This document shows, piece by piece, positions 20,001 to 29,698 of a DNA stretch of 64,000 nucleotides; position 1 is the first letter of the stretch, and each line of letters starts with the position of its first letter. The notes beneath the pieces were generated by a model that did no database searches, was not told the DNA's origin, and worked only from the letters and a program-made list of their open reading frames with translations. The stretch comes from an uncultured bacterium (GTDB lineage Bacteria; Verrucomicrobiota; Verrucomicrobiia; Limisphaerales; UBA8199), in assembly GCA_963749495.1 (NCBI GenBank), contig CAVVMW010000022.1, positions 288,001-352,000 of the forward strand. Direction: 5' to 3'. A program made the position numbers and the translations under genes.

Positions 20001-21909
20001 GGTTGCCGCCGGCTTGGGAAAGCGGGCCGCTGAATTCGAGCAGGACCTGGGTCAGGCTGGCCTGCTGGGCGGTCGAGTCCCAAGCAGGGTAGCCGACGAC
20101 ATGCAGGATCGCGGCGGGCGCAGTCGGATAGGTCACGGTGAGGGTGGCCACGGAGCTGGTGACCGAGCCGTAGAGATTGGTGACGATTACGGCATAATTG
20201 CCCGCGTCATTGGTCGTGATATTGCTGAACGCGAGCGTGGCGTTTGTCTTGCCGGACAGGTTGACGCCCTCTTTGGTCCATTGATAGCCCAGCGTGGGAG
20301 GGCCGACGGCGACGGTGGAGATGGAGACTGGGGCGCCGGCAATGATCGTGCCTAGCGGGGCCTGCGGTTGCTGGATGATGACGGGCGCCGTCTGCGCCGC
20401 ATAGAAGATCTGGCGAATCTGGTCCTGGGTCAGGCCCTTGTTGAAGATGGCTACTTCGTCGATCCGACCGGCGAAGTTACGACTATCGCCCAGAGTCGGG
20501 TCGCCGCGCGAGCCGATAGACCACGAGGAATCCACTTGGCCGGCGCCGGCGGTGCTGGCCGCCGAGGCGATCAATTCGCCATAGCGGTAGAGATTCCATT
20601 TGGAACCGTCGAAGGTGCCGGCCAGGAAGACCCAATTGCCCACGTCCTGGTTGGCGACTCCGCCCGCGCTGGCGGTGACGCCGGAGGCATAATCTCCAAT
20701 CTCATAAGAGCCTGCATTGATGCGGAAAAAGACTTCCTGGTTGGGGCTGCTGATATATCCATGGGCCAAAATGTCGCGCAGGGCAGTAGTGGAAGTCGGC
20801 TGGATCCAGGCCATGACGGTGATCTGGTTGGTGAAGTTGAGCCCGTCCGGGTTGCCCAACAAGACGGAGCCGTCAAAGCCGTCGAAGGAAGCGGCGGTGT
20901 TGCCTGTGCCGAACCCGCTGCCGGGCGGGCCCGCAGCCGCGGTGGCACTGCCCGGCTGATAAGTGCCGTTGATGGCGGTGCCCAGACTGCCGGTGTTCAC
21001 CGCAACGGGGAGGGTGCTCGTGTCCGGGGGCGTGTAGGTCGGTTCGTCCAGGCGGAAATACAGGATCGGCTTCTTGGCCAGGACCAACTGTGCATAGGGC
21101 TGGCTGGGATGCGCGCTGATGCCATTCTGATAATGGGCCAGCACCTCGGCCGCGGTGAGGGCATTGGTGTAGATGGCCACTTCATCAACCAGGCCGTTAA
21201 AGCTCCGGCCGAAGGGGCTGGCGGTGCCGATCTCCAGCGGTTGCTTGGGGTTGCCCACGAAGGGGCGGCTCAGCGCCACCGAGGAGACGGACACGCCGTT
21301 GACATACAGGGTGGCGTTGGTGCCATCATAAACCCCCACGATATGGTGCCACGTCGTCACGGTGGCCATGCCGCCCTCGGTCATCGCGGTGTAGCCGGCG
21401 GTGTCGCCCATGCGAAACATCCAGTCGCCCGAATTCTGGTAGATGAGCCACCCTGCGCGCGCCGCGGAGGCAACGTTCGCGTCATAATAGAGCGAAGAAA
21501 GCGGGCCTAGCGGGTACTGGCTGCCGGAGATGGCGGTCGGGTTGGCCCACACCTCCGCGCTAAAGGGGCCGGTCGGATTGATCAGCGGGTCATAGCCCAC
21601 GCCGACCTTGCCGCCCCCGCCCGGGCAGTTCACGCAGTTGTCGTTTGGTTCTCCAACCAGGGCGCCCGGGGCAAAGGGGTGCTGGATGTCCCCCTGGTAA
21701 AAGCCATTGAACCGGGCCCCCAAGGTGCCGAGGTTCGTAGCAATATCGGGGATCGGGACGGACCCGGTGTCATTGAGCCGATAATAGGCCAGCGGGCCAA
21801 AGCCCGTGACTGTGCTGGGATAATCCGCCCTGGCCGGGCGCGTGGTGAACAGTGCGGCGCAGGCAACTGCGCCCCACAGGAGGATTCGTCTGTTGCTGGG
21901 TAGTTTCAT
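17068..21909 (-). CDS. Large secreted multidomain protein (2x LamG/ConA-like, Ig-like, 2x PA14-like, C-terminal LxW...YRL domain), 1613 aa
   Basis: Signal peptide; WHHIVGVYDG...LYVNG...GLVDEVAIY; YQWTKEG...DAGNYAVIVTN; RSDDSSQLFL and RSDDWSQLYL; ends YALEQTPSLSPPAW...MLYRLHKK. Confidence 0.9.
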   Translation of the reverse strand: MKLPSNRRILLWGAVACAALFTTRPARADYPSTVTGFGPLAYYRLNDTGSVPIPDIATNLGTLGARFNGFYQGDIQHPFAPGALVGEPNDNCVNCPGGGGKVGVGYDPLINPTGPFSAEVWANPTAISGSQYPLGPLSSLYYDANVASAARAGWLIYQNSGDWMFRMGDTAGYTAMTEGGMATVTTWHHIVGVYDGTNATLYVNGVSVSSVALSRPFVGNPKQPLEIGTASPFGRSFNGLVDEVAIYTNALTAAEVLAHYQNGISAHPSQPYAQLVLAKKPILYFRLDEPTYTPPDTSTLPVAVNTGSLGTAINGTYQPGSATAAAGPPGSGFGTGNTAASFDGFDGSVLLGNPDGLNFTNQITVMAWIQPTSTTALRDILAHGYISSPNQEVFFRINAGSYEIGDYASGVTASAGGVANQDVGNWVFLAGTFDGSKWNLYRYGELIASAASTAGAGQVDSSWSIGSRGDPTLGDSRNFAGRIDEVAIFNKGLTQDQIRQIFYAAQTAPVIIQQPQAPLGTIIAGAPVSISTVAVGPPTLGYQWTKEGVNLSGKTNATLAFSNITTNDAGNYAVIVTNLYGSVTSSVATLTVTYPTAPAAILHVVGYPAWDSTAQQASLTQVLLEFSGPLSQAGGNPANYTISDGQHTLTVSAASFSNNNLNVALTTSAQTPGQAYTVTLTGITDGVGNPLANNSAPFTAWVTSPANGLYWEYYPNIEGTVVAALTGDSVFFPDFPNATTNLTVFDTRAVFPDDTHDNYGTRISGLFVPPVSGNWVFFARSDDSSQLFLNPNGPDAAGMTLIAQEAGCCEDWNMIYSAALPLIAGQGYYIETLHKEGGGGDYVKVAARLDGTGSPTLGTPNTVIDPASLAGPAVCYPYAPADVGGPILLTGPSSLSVAANHPVTLSATASNPAGLSMFYQRYRNGAAIAGATTTFYSFIAASSDNNAQFTVKVSKVGSVATSPAATLTVTADTTPPAVVVIHGSKAMNTLTVGFSERMQANPSAAAFTIPGFTVTSAVLDSTGTNVVLTLDKPMTSGQTFTLTVQGVQDSAGNTLASATAPGEAFLFSRGFLKWDFFGGLSTSDTSMSLLTSDPRYPDSPDFTSFVIGLDSRSIFPNDNHCGYGDHITGLFVPPATGNYYFYIRSDDWSQLYLNSAGTDPLGSTIQAEETGCCEGFSAHSNTNLGAVPLIGGQQYDIETLHREGGGGDYVQAAFKLDTDPGSPDALPPIPPAYVGLMADPLGASVTITQQPASIATAYLAGDPKTVLDINFSAGDGGFTVTNYGNPVGPWSYAAVSGSWTNHGPAASLGYPGPFASGLHSTVIHITNAAPVVLSFTHRHSFELSDKAYDGGQVRLSVNGGAFGTVPSLNFFQNGYEGAIQGTVYPNLTTTPGWTNAGFIGDSPGYSTGAMITSLARLGSFNVGDTLQLEFLASWDEGAEGTEPNWEISALQVTVGAAPPVTVSFTVGAESTYQFQPNQIMSYFWQENTGSGFADVVGAYSPTYTFNASLADSGTDYRCIVYSPGASATSSVASLTVALPITFGLTDANTLKLVWPLPPAPLTVASYALEQTPSLSPPAWVTSTATLQTTTTTVFTTVPLVHTGPGMLYRLHKK

Positions 21910-22112
21910 AGTTCGACTTGCTTGATCTGTTCAGTCGGTTCTGCTGCGTTGCGCCGCCGGGACGGCCCCAAGGGCCGCCATTGCCGGCGTCGCCTCAAAT
22001 TGTGCGGTTCGCGCGCCGCACCGGAAGTGCGAGCGAAAGACCCGCCTGCAGGAGGGATCTTCGGGAGATGGCCAGTCCCGAATCATACTCGCAGGGCTAA
22101 CGTGCCTATCCT

Positions 22113-22141
22113 ATCCTATTGGGCCTGCCCGAGGTCGTCAA
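22113..22141 (-). promoter_or_regulatory. Sigma70-type promoter for the large exoprotein gene
   Basis: TTGACG-N17-TAGGAT on the minus strand, about 200 nt upstream of ATG 21909. Confidence 0.6.
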
Positions 22142-22162
22142 CCCTTTTCCACTGGCTGAGTA

Positions 22163-22197
22163 GTCATTCGTCATTCGTCATTCGTCATTCGTCATTC
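22163..22197. repeat. (GTCATTC)5 heptamer array
   Basis: Directly visible, just after the 3' end of the truncated gene. Confidence 0.95.
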
Positions 22198-22206
22198 CCA
22201 ACCCGG

Positions 22207-22548
22207 TCACCGCAGCGCCTCGATCGCGCCGGCCAGTTTGCGGCGGAAGCTCTGCCAGTCGTCCGAGGGAAAGAGTTCGTCGTGCTCGCGCTGGCCGAGC
22301 TTGAAGGCGGCCAGGCGTGCTGCGATGAGTTGCCGGGCAGCGGCGGCGGCGGGCGTGCCCGCTTTCTCTTTGGCCAGCCGAGCCAGCGTGAGCAGATGGC
22401 GATAGTCGTAGAGGCCGGCGCGGAGTTGCTCGAAGTGGATGGCGGGAACGAGCTGGCCCTCGGGCGTGGCGCCGCACCAGGCATAGTCGTCCTCGCGGCA
22501 ATCCAGGGCATAGTAGGGGTCGCCCGCGCAAGCGTTCCAGTGCCAGGA
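22207..22548 (-). pseudogene. 3' fragment of a hypothetical protein (DUF4091/glycoside-hydrolase-associated C-terminus-like); 5' part absent
   Basis: SWHWNACAGDPYYALDCREDD...FEQLRAGLYDYRHLLTL looks like typical coding sequence; upstream of ~22550 the translation is not protein-like. Confidence 0.65.
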
Positions 22549-23167
22549 GTTGGCCGTTGGCCCGACACCGCCGCACGTCCGCCACCGGCCTGCCCCCCAG
22601 CCGCGGCGAGAGCTCCCCCACCCGGCATGGGGCTGGCCTGATGCACCGCCGACCGCCGAAGCTGCTAGCACGCTCGCACGCCGAATGACTTTGACACCGC
22701 CGTGGAATGACGCCATGACGCCTCGATGTCCTTCTTTAGCCTTGACATGACCGCTACTACCTGCTATGGAATAGTCATAACGCAGAATCCGTTGACACGA
22801 AGGATAGGGTGAACCTCTGTGCCAGTTGCTCCCCCCGGGGCGGTTGCCCGGGAAGGACGCCGCGGAAGCGCCCCTCCCGCCCGCCGCCGGAGGTGCCCAG
22901 AGCGGCAAGGAACGCCGCTCATGGTGGAGGCAGAACATGCACTCAGCCGGACACGAATGTGTGGGCAGGGCGCGAGAGGCAGCAGGGGCGAGGGTGCAAG
23001 TGAGCGGGCCAGTGGCTCCCCCTCCGACAACCTCAACCCCACCCGCCTCCTGGGCCCCGCCCACTCAAGGCCTCGGGACAAGGGCCTCGACCTGCACGAC
23101 CGCCCAGGGTCCCGTCAATTGCGTCTGCCCTGTTGGCGGTGGCCCCTCGTGGGGGTCTTCCGGAAGA

Positions 23168-23374
23168 TCGGGCCGCCTCCCGCTCGATTCGACCCTGATT
23201 TCTGACGACGCCTGGGGTGAGCTTGCCCGCTCGCTTAACCTCACCCCCCGCGAGCTGCAGATCAGCAGCGGCGTCTTCAACGACGAGGTTGAGGACACCA
23301 TTGCCAGCGACCTCGCCATTTCGGCGCACACCGTTCATGCGCACGTGCGTCAACTCTTCGGAAAACTCGGCGTC
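23168..23374 (+). pseudogene. LuxR-type HTH remnant
   Basis: WGELARSLNLTPRELQISSGVF...IASDLAISAHTVHAHVRQLFGKLGV, after which the sequence diverges; no clear start. Confidence 0.6.
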
Positions 23375-23830
23375 ATACCGGCGCCCGCGAGCCACGCGAG
23401 GTTAAAACGCGTTCGGCGACGCCTCACGAGAGTGGATGAATTTCAGCACCGCAGACCAGCATTCGGCGAACTCCCCGAGGACCAAGCGGGTCGGAGAGTC
23501 ATGCATACCTCGGCCACGTCCTCGTCTTGCTCCGGGAAGCGAGGCGGGCCGTGGAAAGCGGAGCCACCGAGCAGGCCCTTGGGAGACTCGAGCGGATTGT
23601 GGCGCTGCTCTTTGGGCCCCGGGCTTCCGAGTGAGCCTGGCCTCCGCGATGCAAGGATGCAATTCAGGCGAAACCACTCGACCGGGAAACGTGAGATGTT
23701 CGCACATTGGTCGGGACGGGATTCCCGGTCGCGTCCGAACCTGGCCATGGGGCAAGCGAAAGCCGGGGCGGTTGGCTCTGTCCCGCTCGTTCCTTGCACG
23801 CTCCCCCTGGGGGCCGAGCACCGAGGTGGC

Positions 23831-24514
23831 GTGAAAAACCCCCATCGAGGTCCTGTCGCGGCGCTCGCGGGAACCCAACCGCTGGAGCGCGCATCTACCC
23901 TCGCGGTCATAGATCCAGACCGCACCGTGCATGACACCTTGCATAAGGTGGTTGGTCGCCTCGGAGGGCACTGGTCGTTGGTGGGCTATATGAGCGCTGA
24001 GGAAGCACTCGGCCACCTGCCTGCTCATCCTGCGGTTGTGGCCATCGTGGAGGTTCGCCTTCCTGGGCTTTCGGGCATTGATTGCGTCCGCCGGCTGAAG
24101 GCCATGATGCCCGGGCTGCCTATCGTCATGCACAGTGACGCCGCTGCTGAGGAGGCAGTCGTGGACTCACTTGCCGCTGGAGCCTGCGGCTACGTCGTCA
24201 AACCATCCCGCCCGACAGAACTGGCCGCTGCCATTCGGGCGGCCCTTTCAGGATCGGCACACCTGTGCCCCGTGGCGGCGCGGGCAGCGGTCGCATTCGT
24301 TCAGCGCGTCGCGGCCGCCGCTTCCGCAGAATTACTGACCGAGCGCGAGCGCCAGGTCATCGTCTTGCTGGCAAGCCACCTCTCGCGCAAAGAGATCGCA
24401 GTTCGGCTCGGCATTGAGACCGGCACCGTTCGGACACACCTGCGCCGGTTGTACGAAAAGCTCCACGTCCACGACCGGCGGTCGGCCGTAGGCAGATTGC
24501 TCCCCCCTCAATAA
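23831..24514 (+). CDS. NarL/FixJ-family response regulator with atypical receiver (Glu at the phospho-Asp position)
   Basis: GTG start after GAGGTGG; AVIDPD...VAIVEVRLPGLSG...GACGYVVKP; HTH LTERERQV...TVRTHLRRLYEKLHV. Confidence 0.8.
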   Translation: MKNPHRGPVAALAGTQPLERASTLAVIDPDRTVHDTLHKVVGRLGGHWSLVGYMSAEEALGHLPAHPAVVAIVEVRLPGLSGIDCVRRLKAMMPGLPIVMHSDAAAEEAVVDSLAAGACGYVVKPSRPTELAAAIRAALSGSAHLCPVAARAAVAFVQRVAAAASAELLTERERQVIVLLASHLSRKEIAVRLGIETGTVRTHLRRLYEKLHVHDRRSAVGRLLPPQ

Positions 24515-24656
24515 GCCGGCCTTGCGTCTTCAGGTAGCCGCCCTGGTTGAGCGTACGCCGAGGCGTACGCCCCTTTAGATCTGGACTGCATCGAGCCGCT
24601 GGCGCGACGATGAAGCTGGCCTGTTAGGGGGCAAACAGAACGAAAGGACAACTCTT

Positions 24657-26827
24657 ATGAAAAGCAGCGTGTTACGAAAAAACAGGGCAGAAACCACTTT
24701 TGCCCAATCATGGCGGAGCAAGGCCTCATCGCCCAGGGCGGCAAGCAGCGGTTCTTGGTCTCGGCTCGCCGGTTGCTCGGCCAAGGTTTCCTGGTTCGCC
24801 GGGGCTGCCTGTGGGCTCCTGCTCTTGCCAATGGGCGTCCGCGCCCAAAGCGAATCGCAGACTGCGAGCCTTCCAGCATTGGCGCAGGACAAGTTCGCCG
24901 CGATGTCCGCGTGGGTCGAGCATTCCGAGTATGAGATCCACTGGCAGCCCGGCGTGGGGGCCTACATGGCGCCCAACCGCGCCCAGAACCTGAGATTCCG
25001 CTTTCAGGACGACGGCGTTACCGTCACGCCCCGGGAGCCGCAGAAGGACGATCCCCTGTGGCAGGTGACGTTACGGTTGGCGAGCTACGGGCGGGCGGGC
25101 GAAACACCTGGCGTTATCGCCGGGGCGTCGTGGACGACCGCCGCGAACACGGCCCAAGCCACGGGCGCGGGCATCGAGGTCGCTTACACCAACAACCAGG
25201 CGGGCATGCGCCAGAGCTTCCTCATAGCAGAAAGGCCGCAAGGGTCCGGACCCCTGCAACTTGACCTCGCCGCCACTCGTGACGGGGTTGATATTTTGGT
25301 TGACTCAGCCGGGGCCTCGGTGCAGTTTATGGGAGGTCAGGGCGGGACCAATATCGTGATGTATTACGCGGACCTGAAGGCCTTTGACGCGACCGGGATG
25401 CCCGTGCCCACCCGGATGGTGGGGGTTGACCAGGATAACTTCACGATCGTCGTCGATGACCAGAACGCCGTCTATCCGCTGCTAGTGGATCCCCTCATGG
25501 GCAACGGCAGCGGTGGTTACCTCAGTAGCCCGCAAACCGGGAGTTGGTTCGGGAAATCGGTCGCCTGGGTCGGGTATCTGTGGCAAACCGGGGGCTCTTG
25601 GGTCGGCGGGCTTTTGGTCGAGACCCGTACTTCGACCCCGGCAGCACGCCGCAAGCGGGGAAGGTCTTCTTCTACAGCGCTGCTGGTGGCAGCCTGCCTA
25701 CCACCCCGACGTGGAGTTACGCCGGGACCCAGTCCTACGAGAACGTGGGCTGGGGCGTGGCCGACGGCGGGTTGTGCGGGTGGAAGAGCGGCGCGGCCAG
25801 CTTATACGGCAATCTCCTGCTGGGTGCCCCAGGCTACGGGAGTGGAACGCGCGTGGGCGCTGCCTTCGCCTTCTACCCGGATTCATCCGGCAATTACGCC
25901 TCATCGCCCGATTGGATGGTCACGGGCGGGGTCAATGGGGCAAACCTGGGCGCCTCGCTCTGCAATTCAGGTAAGATCACCTACTCCGAACCCGCTCACT
26001 CTGTTATTGTTGGGGCTCCCTATTACAATTATGGGTCTGGCTCACAGAATGGGCAAGTGCTGCTCTATGTGGCGACCTCAAGCGGATTCAGCACCACGCC
26101 GAGTTGGTCCGCCTACGGCAGTTACAACTATGCCTATTTCGGTTTCAGCGTGGCCGCGGGACACCTGGCCGGCAAAGTTTATTACGACCTCATCGTTGGC
26201 GCGCCAGGGGCCAATGGAGAGCAGGGCGGGACGGTGTACATTTACCTTGACACGCCTGTGACCGGGTATTATAGCACCACCCCGAACACGACGCTGTCAG
26301 GAGCGCAGGGAACCGAGAATTTTGGATATTCGGTCGCCAGCGGCTTCGAGGTCAACGCGGACCAGTACCAGGACGTCCTCGTGGGCGCACCGTATGGAAA
26401 CGCCGGTGGAATGACGAGCAACGGCCGGGTGTTGCTCTACTTGGGTGGCGCCTCGGGCGGCGTGAACACGACGCCGGCTTGGAGCAATTGGGGCGCTATG
26501 ACCGGGGCCAAATTCGGCTGGAGTGTCGCGGGCGGCGACATCAACAGCGACGGGTATGCGGACGTGATGGTTGGGGCGCCAGGCACGACAACGATGTCCG
26601 GGAAGTACACGAACGGCGGCCGGGCGATCTGCTGGATAACTGAGACCTCGACTGGTCTGCCCGGCAGCACTGTGGGCTGGGCCGAGGGCCAATGTTTGAA
26701 CCTGCAGCTCGGATACAGCATCTCGTTTGGACCCAGCCTGGTCAACGGGCTGCCCAACCTGATCGCCGGCGCGCCGGGCAACGACTCTGGCTGCTCCCCG
26801 AACGTCATGACTTATTATTGGCAATAG
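24657..26827 (+). CDS. Secreted FG-GAP (integrin-alpha-like beta-propeller) repeat protein with N-terminal beta domain; frameshift at ~25620
   Basis: YPLLVDP domain end; repeated FGxSVA...DxxVGAP units ([17 protein letters not shown]); ORFs 24657..26261 and 25544..26827 join as LLVGDPYFD. Confidence 0.85.
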
Positions 26828-26846
26828 GCAAATTAATCGGTCTTCT

Positions 26847-27813
26847 ATGGGAGCCCCATCTTCATCACCATCGGAGCCCGGCGGGCGCCGGCCGGGCGGC
26901 TTTACGCTCGTCGAGCTCCTGGTGGTGATAGCGGTCATCGCCCTTCTGGCGGCCCTTCTGCTGCCGGTTCTGGCGCGGGCCAAGGCCAAAGCAAGGACCA
27001 CCTTCTGCCTGGGCAACAAGAGGCAGTTGGGCCTGGCTTGGCGGCTCTACGCCGAGGAAAACGGCGACAATATGCCTTACAACAGCCCAGTGGGAACCCC
27101 AGGCTGGTATTTGCTCCCAGGCATGCCGGTCTATCTCCCTGACGCGCCAAATTGGGTCGAGGGCATGATGTCATGGGGGGTTGCCCGGGCGTCCTATGGG
27201 CCTCTGCCCGGATCGGATGACACGAACCTCCTTTATCTGACCAGTGATGCCTACAGCAGCATGGCGCGTTATTTGGGCCATTCGGCCGCGGTTCTGCACT
27301 GCCCCGAGGACACGTTCCTCGACGCACAGCAGAGAGCGGCGGGCTGGCCACAGCGTTGTCGGAGCGTTTCGATGAATTGGGCACTCGGCGACGGCTGGAC
27401 GGAGGTCGAGTGTCGCAAGCATCAGAGCTCTCTCGTCGACGAGGTCTTTCTGGGCTTCTCGACCCGGACGCGTTCGCATTTTTTCGTGCGGGTGCAGGAC
27501 CTCGTCAGCCTGCCGCCCTCGATGGCCTGGGTGTTCCTCGATGAGCACCCGGATACGATCAACTTCCCTGGCTTTTGGACGGCTTGGACGCCGGAGGGCG
27601 TCTGGTGGGGGCAGCTTCCGGCCAGCTATCACAGCCGCGGGTGCAGCCTTCGTCTTCGCCGATGGGCACGGCGAATACAAGAAGTGGGTCGTCCCTTCGA
27701 CCTGCGTGCCCGTCACTTACGCCTGGTACACTCCAGCGCCATTAAGCCACGACACCCGGGATTGGGACTGGCTGGCACGCCGGACCCTCGAGCCCAGCGC
27801 CTTTCCGCCCTAA
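26847..27813 (+). CDS. Prepilin-type N-terminal cleavage/methylation protein with H-X9-DG motif; +1 frameshift at ~27648
   Basis: [38 protein letters not shown]; removing one C gives HSRGCSFVFADGH with exact H-X9-DG spacing. Confidence 0.9.
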
Positions 27814-28044
27814 TGGTTTGCGGCGCCGCCATGCCCGCCAGCAAATGGGTCAGCCATTATGCTGAGTTTTCAGTTATGCGGAGGTCAACGGAAAGTTCCC
27901 CTGTTCCTGCTGGAAAGACCCACTTTCCACGATCGCAACTGCGCATAATCTCGCCAGCGGCAGGATCACGGAAACCGCCCTGCTCCCTAATGATTTTGCC
28001 GCCAATGATTCTGCTTTTTCTGTCGAATGGTTCTGCTGGGCAGG

Positions 28045-29313
28045 TCAGGACTTGAGGCCGCTGGTGTTGAACTCCCACTTTTCGTCCGCCTTGAGGATCT
28101 CGTCCCAGGTCACTTCGACCTGTTTGTAGGCGGCAGTGCGGCCGAGGATGGTGGTGAGATTGCTGCGCACGCTTGGCGGCACCGTCGGGTTGGAGCAATC
28201 GCCCTTGGTGATTTGGTCGTGGAAGGCGGCGATATTGCGCTGGGCGCCGACCAGGTAAATATCGTCGGTCTTGCCGCTGAAGCGGTCGTCGCGGCTGCGG
28301 AGCCAGCAGTCGCCGCCGTAGTTGGTCTCGGCTGAGCCGCTCACGCCATGGGCGCGGACCATGATGTCGTCGAAACCGAATCCGACCTGTTTGGCCGTGA
28401 AGGTGACCATGAGGTCGTTGGGGAAGAAGAACAGCACCGAGTAGTGGTCCCAGCAGTCGCCCAGGAACGGGCGGGAGCGCCCGCCGCGGCCGTAGGCCTT
28501 GATGGGGTTGGCATCGACGATCCAGGTGGCCACGTCAAGGGCATGGATGTTCTGTTCCGTGATGACGTCGCCGGAGAGGAGCCGGTCGATGCCCCAGGTG
28601 CGCAGGCGCACCTCGGGGTTTTGCGGTTCCCGGCGCAACTCGGCGTCGCGCCCCTCGAACATCAGGCTGGTCTGGTATTCGGCATAGACGGTGACCAGCT
28701 TGCCGATGCCGCCGTTGTGAATGCGGGAGACGACCTCCTGGTAGGAGGGCATGATGCGGGTCTGGAAGTCGACCAGGAACGTGAGTCTTTTGGCGGTGGC
28801 CGCGCGCCCGCTCTGGGCAATGGACTTGCAACCGGGGACATCCACCGCAGTGGGCTTGGCCAGATACACGTGCTTGCCCGCCTCGACAGCCGCCGCCGCT
28901 TGCTCCGGGTGAAAGTAGGGCGGACTCTCGATGGCCACGGCGTCCAGTTTCTCGCCCAACAAGCGTTTGTAGCCGGACAAACCGGTGAACCGCTTGGCCT
29001 CCGGCACCTGGAGTTTGCTCCCGGCGTCATCCACGCGATCCTGGAAATAGTCGGCCAGGGCAACCACGTTGTAGTGGCCGTCCTTGGCAAAGAGCTCGGC
29101 AATCCAGGCCCCGCGCCCGCCGCAACCGATGACGCCGACATCCAGCTTCGAGTTGGCCTCCGCGGCTCCAACCAGCCCGGGTTTGAGGATCGTCAGGCCG
29201 GCCGCCGCCGCTCCTGCGCTGGCGAGGAACTTGCGCCGTGTAATGTCTGGGCTGCCGCCTGTCAGTGCCGGGTGGGTCCCGGAGACGGCCGTCGAAGGAT
29301 TCGATGTATTCAT
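28045..29313 (-). CDS. Tat-exported Gfo/Idh/MocA-family oxidoreductase
   Basis: TRRKFL Tat motif, [26 protein letters not shown]. Confidence 0.92.
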   Translation of the reverse strand: MNTSNPSTAVSGTHPALTGGSPDITRRKFLASAGAAAAGLTILKPGLVGAAEANSKLDVGVIGCGGRGAWIAELFAKDGHYNVVALADYFQDRVDDAGSKLQVPEAKRFTGLSGYKRLLGEKLDAVAIESPPYFHPEQAAAAVEAGKHVYLAKPTAVDVPGCKSIAQSGRAATAKRLTFLVDFQTRIMPSYQEVVSRIHNGGIGKLVTVYAEYQTSLMFEGRDAELRREPQNPEVRLRTWGIDRLLSGDVITEQNIHALDVATWIVDANPIKAYGRGGRSRPFLGDCWDHYSVLFFFPNDLMVTFTAKQVGFGFDDIMVRAHGVSGSAETNYGGDCWLRSRDDRFSGKTDDIYLVGAQRNIAAFHDQITKGDCSNPTVPPSVRSNLTTILGRTAAYKQVEVTWDEILKADEKWEFNTSGLKS

Positions 29314-29364
29314 GCCACGAGATAATGACGGAAGGGGCGGAATGTCAAGCCGGAGACGACGGGG

Positions 29365-29640
29365 GAATGACGAATGACGAATGACGAATGACGAATGACG
29401 AATGACGAATGACGAAACGGCGACGAGGAGACAGGGCTGAGGGGCGAAGGGCGAGCGAAGCCCGCAAGGTATTGGACTGCGCCAGTCCTCTGGCGCTTTC
29501 GTCATTCGTCATTCGTCATTCGTCATTCGTCATTCGTCATTCGTCATTCGTCATTCGTCATTCGTCATTCGTCATTCGTCATTCGTCATTCGTCATTCGT
29601 CATTCGTCATTCGTCATTCGTCATTCGTCATTCGTCATTC
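29365..29640. repeat. Inverted heptamer arrays (GAATGAC)7 and (GTCATTC)20 flanking a REP-like hairpin half
   Basis: Arrays at 29365-29413 and 29501-29640; TTGGACTGCGCCAGTCCTCTGGCGCTTT between them matches the element at 57342. Confidence 0.95.
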
Positions 29641-29698
29641 ACCCCCTTCGCCCCCAAAATGTTCTGGCAATCCGGGCGTCGCCTGCTACAACACATCC

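Noticed and set aside
23402..23505. Minus-strand peptide HDSPTRLVLGEFAECW as an inverted C-terminus of the LuxR remnant
   Set aside because: Similarity is too short and weak to support without a search.
22826..24514. Single 562-aa HTH-receiver-HTH protein from the ORF track
   Set aside because: Long stretches are not protein-like; better explained as a LuxR remnant plus a regulator starting at GTG 23831 with its own RBS, sharing a stop-free GC-rich frame.
29365..29640. Heptamer and 12-mer arrays as CRISPR arrays
   Set aside because: Units are 7-12 bp, contiguous, without unique spacers, and no cas genes are present.
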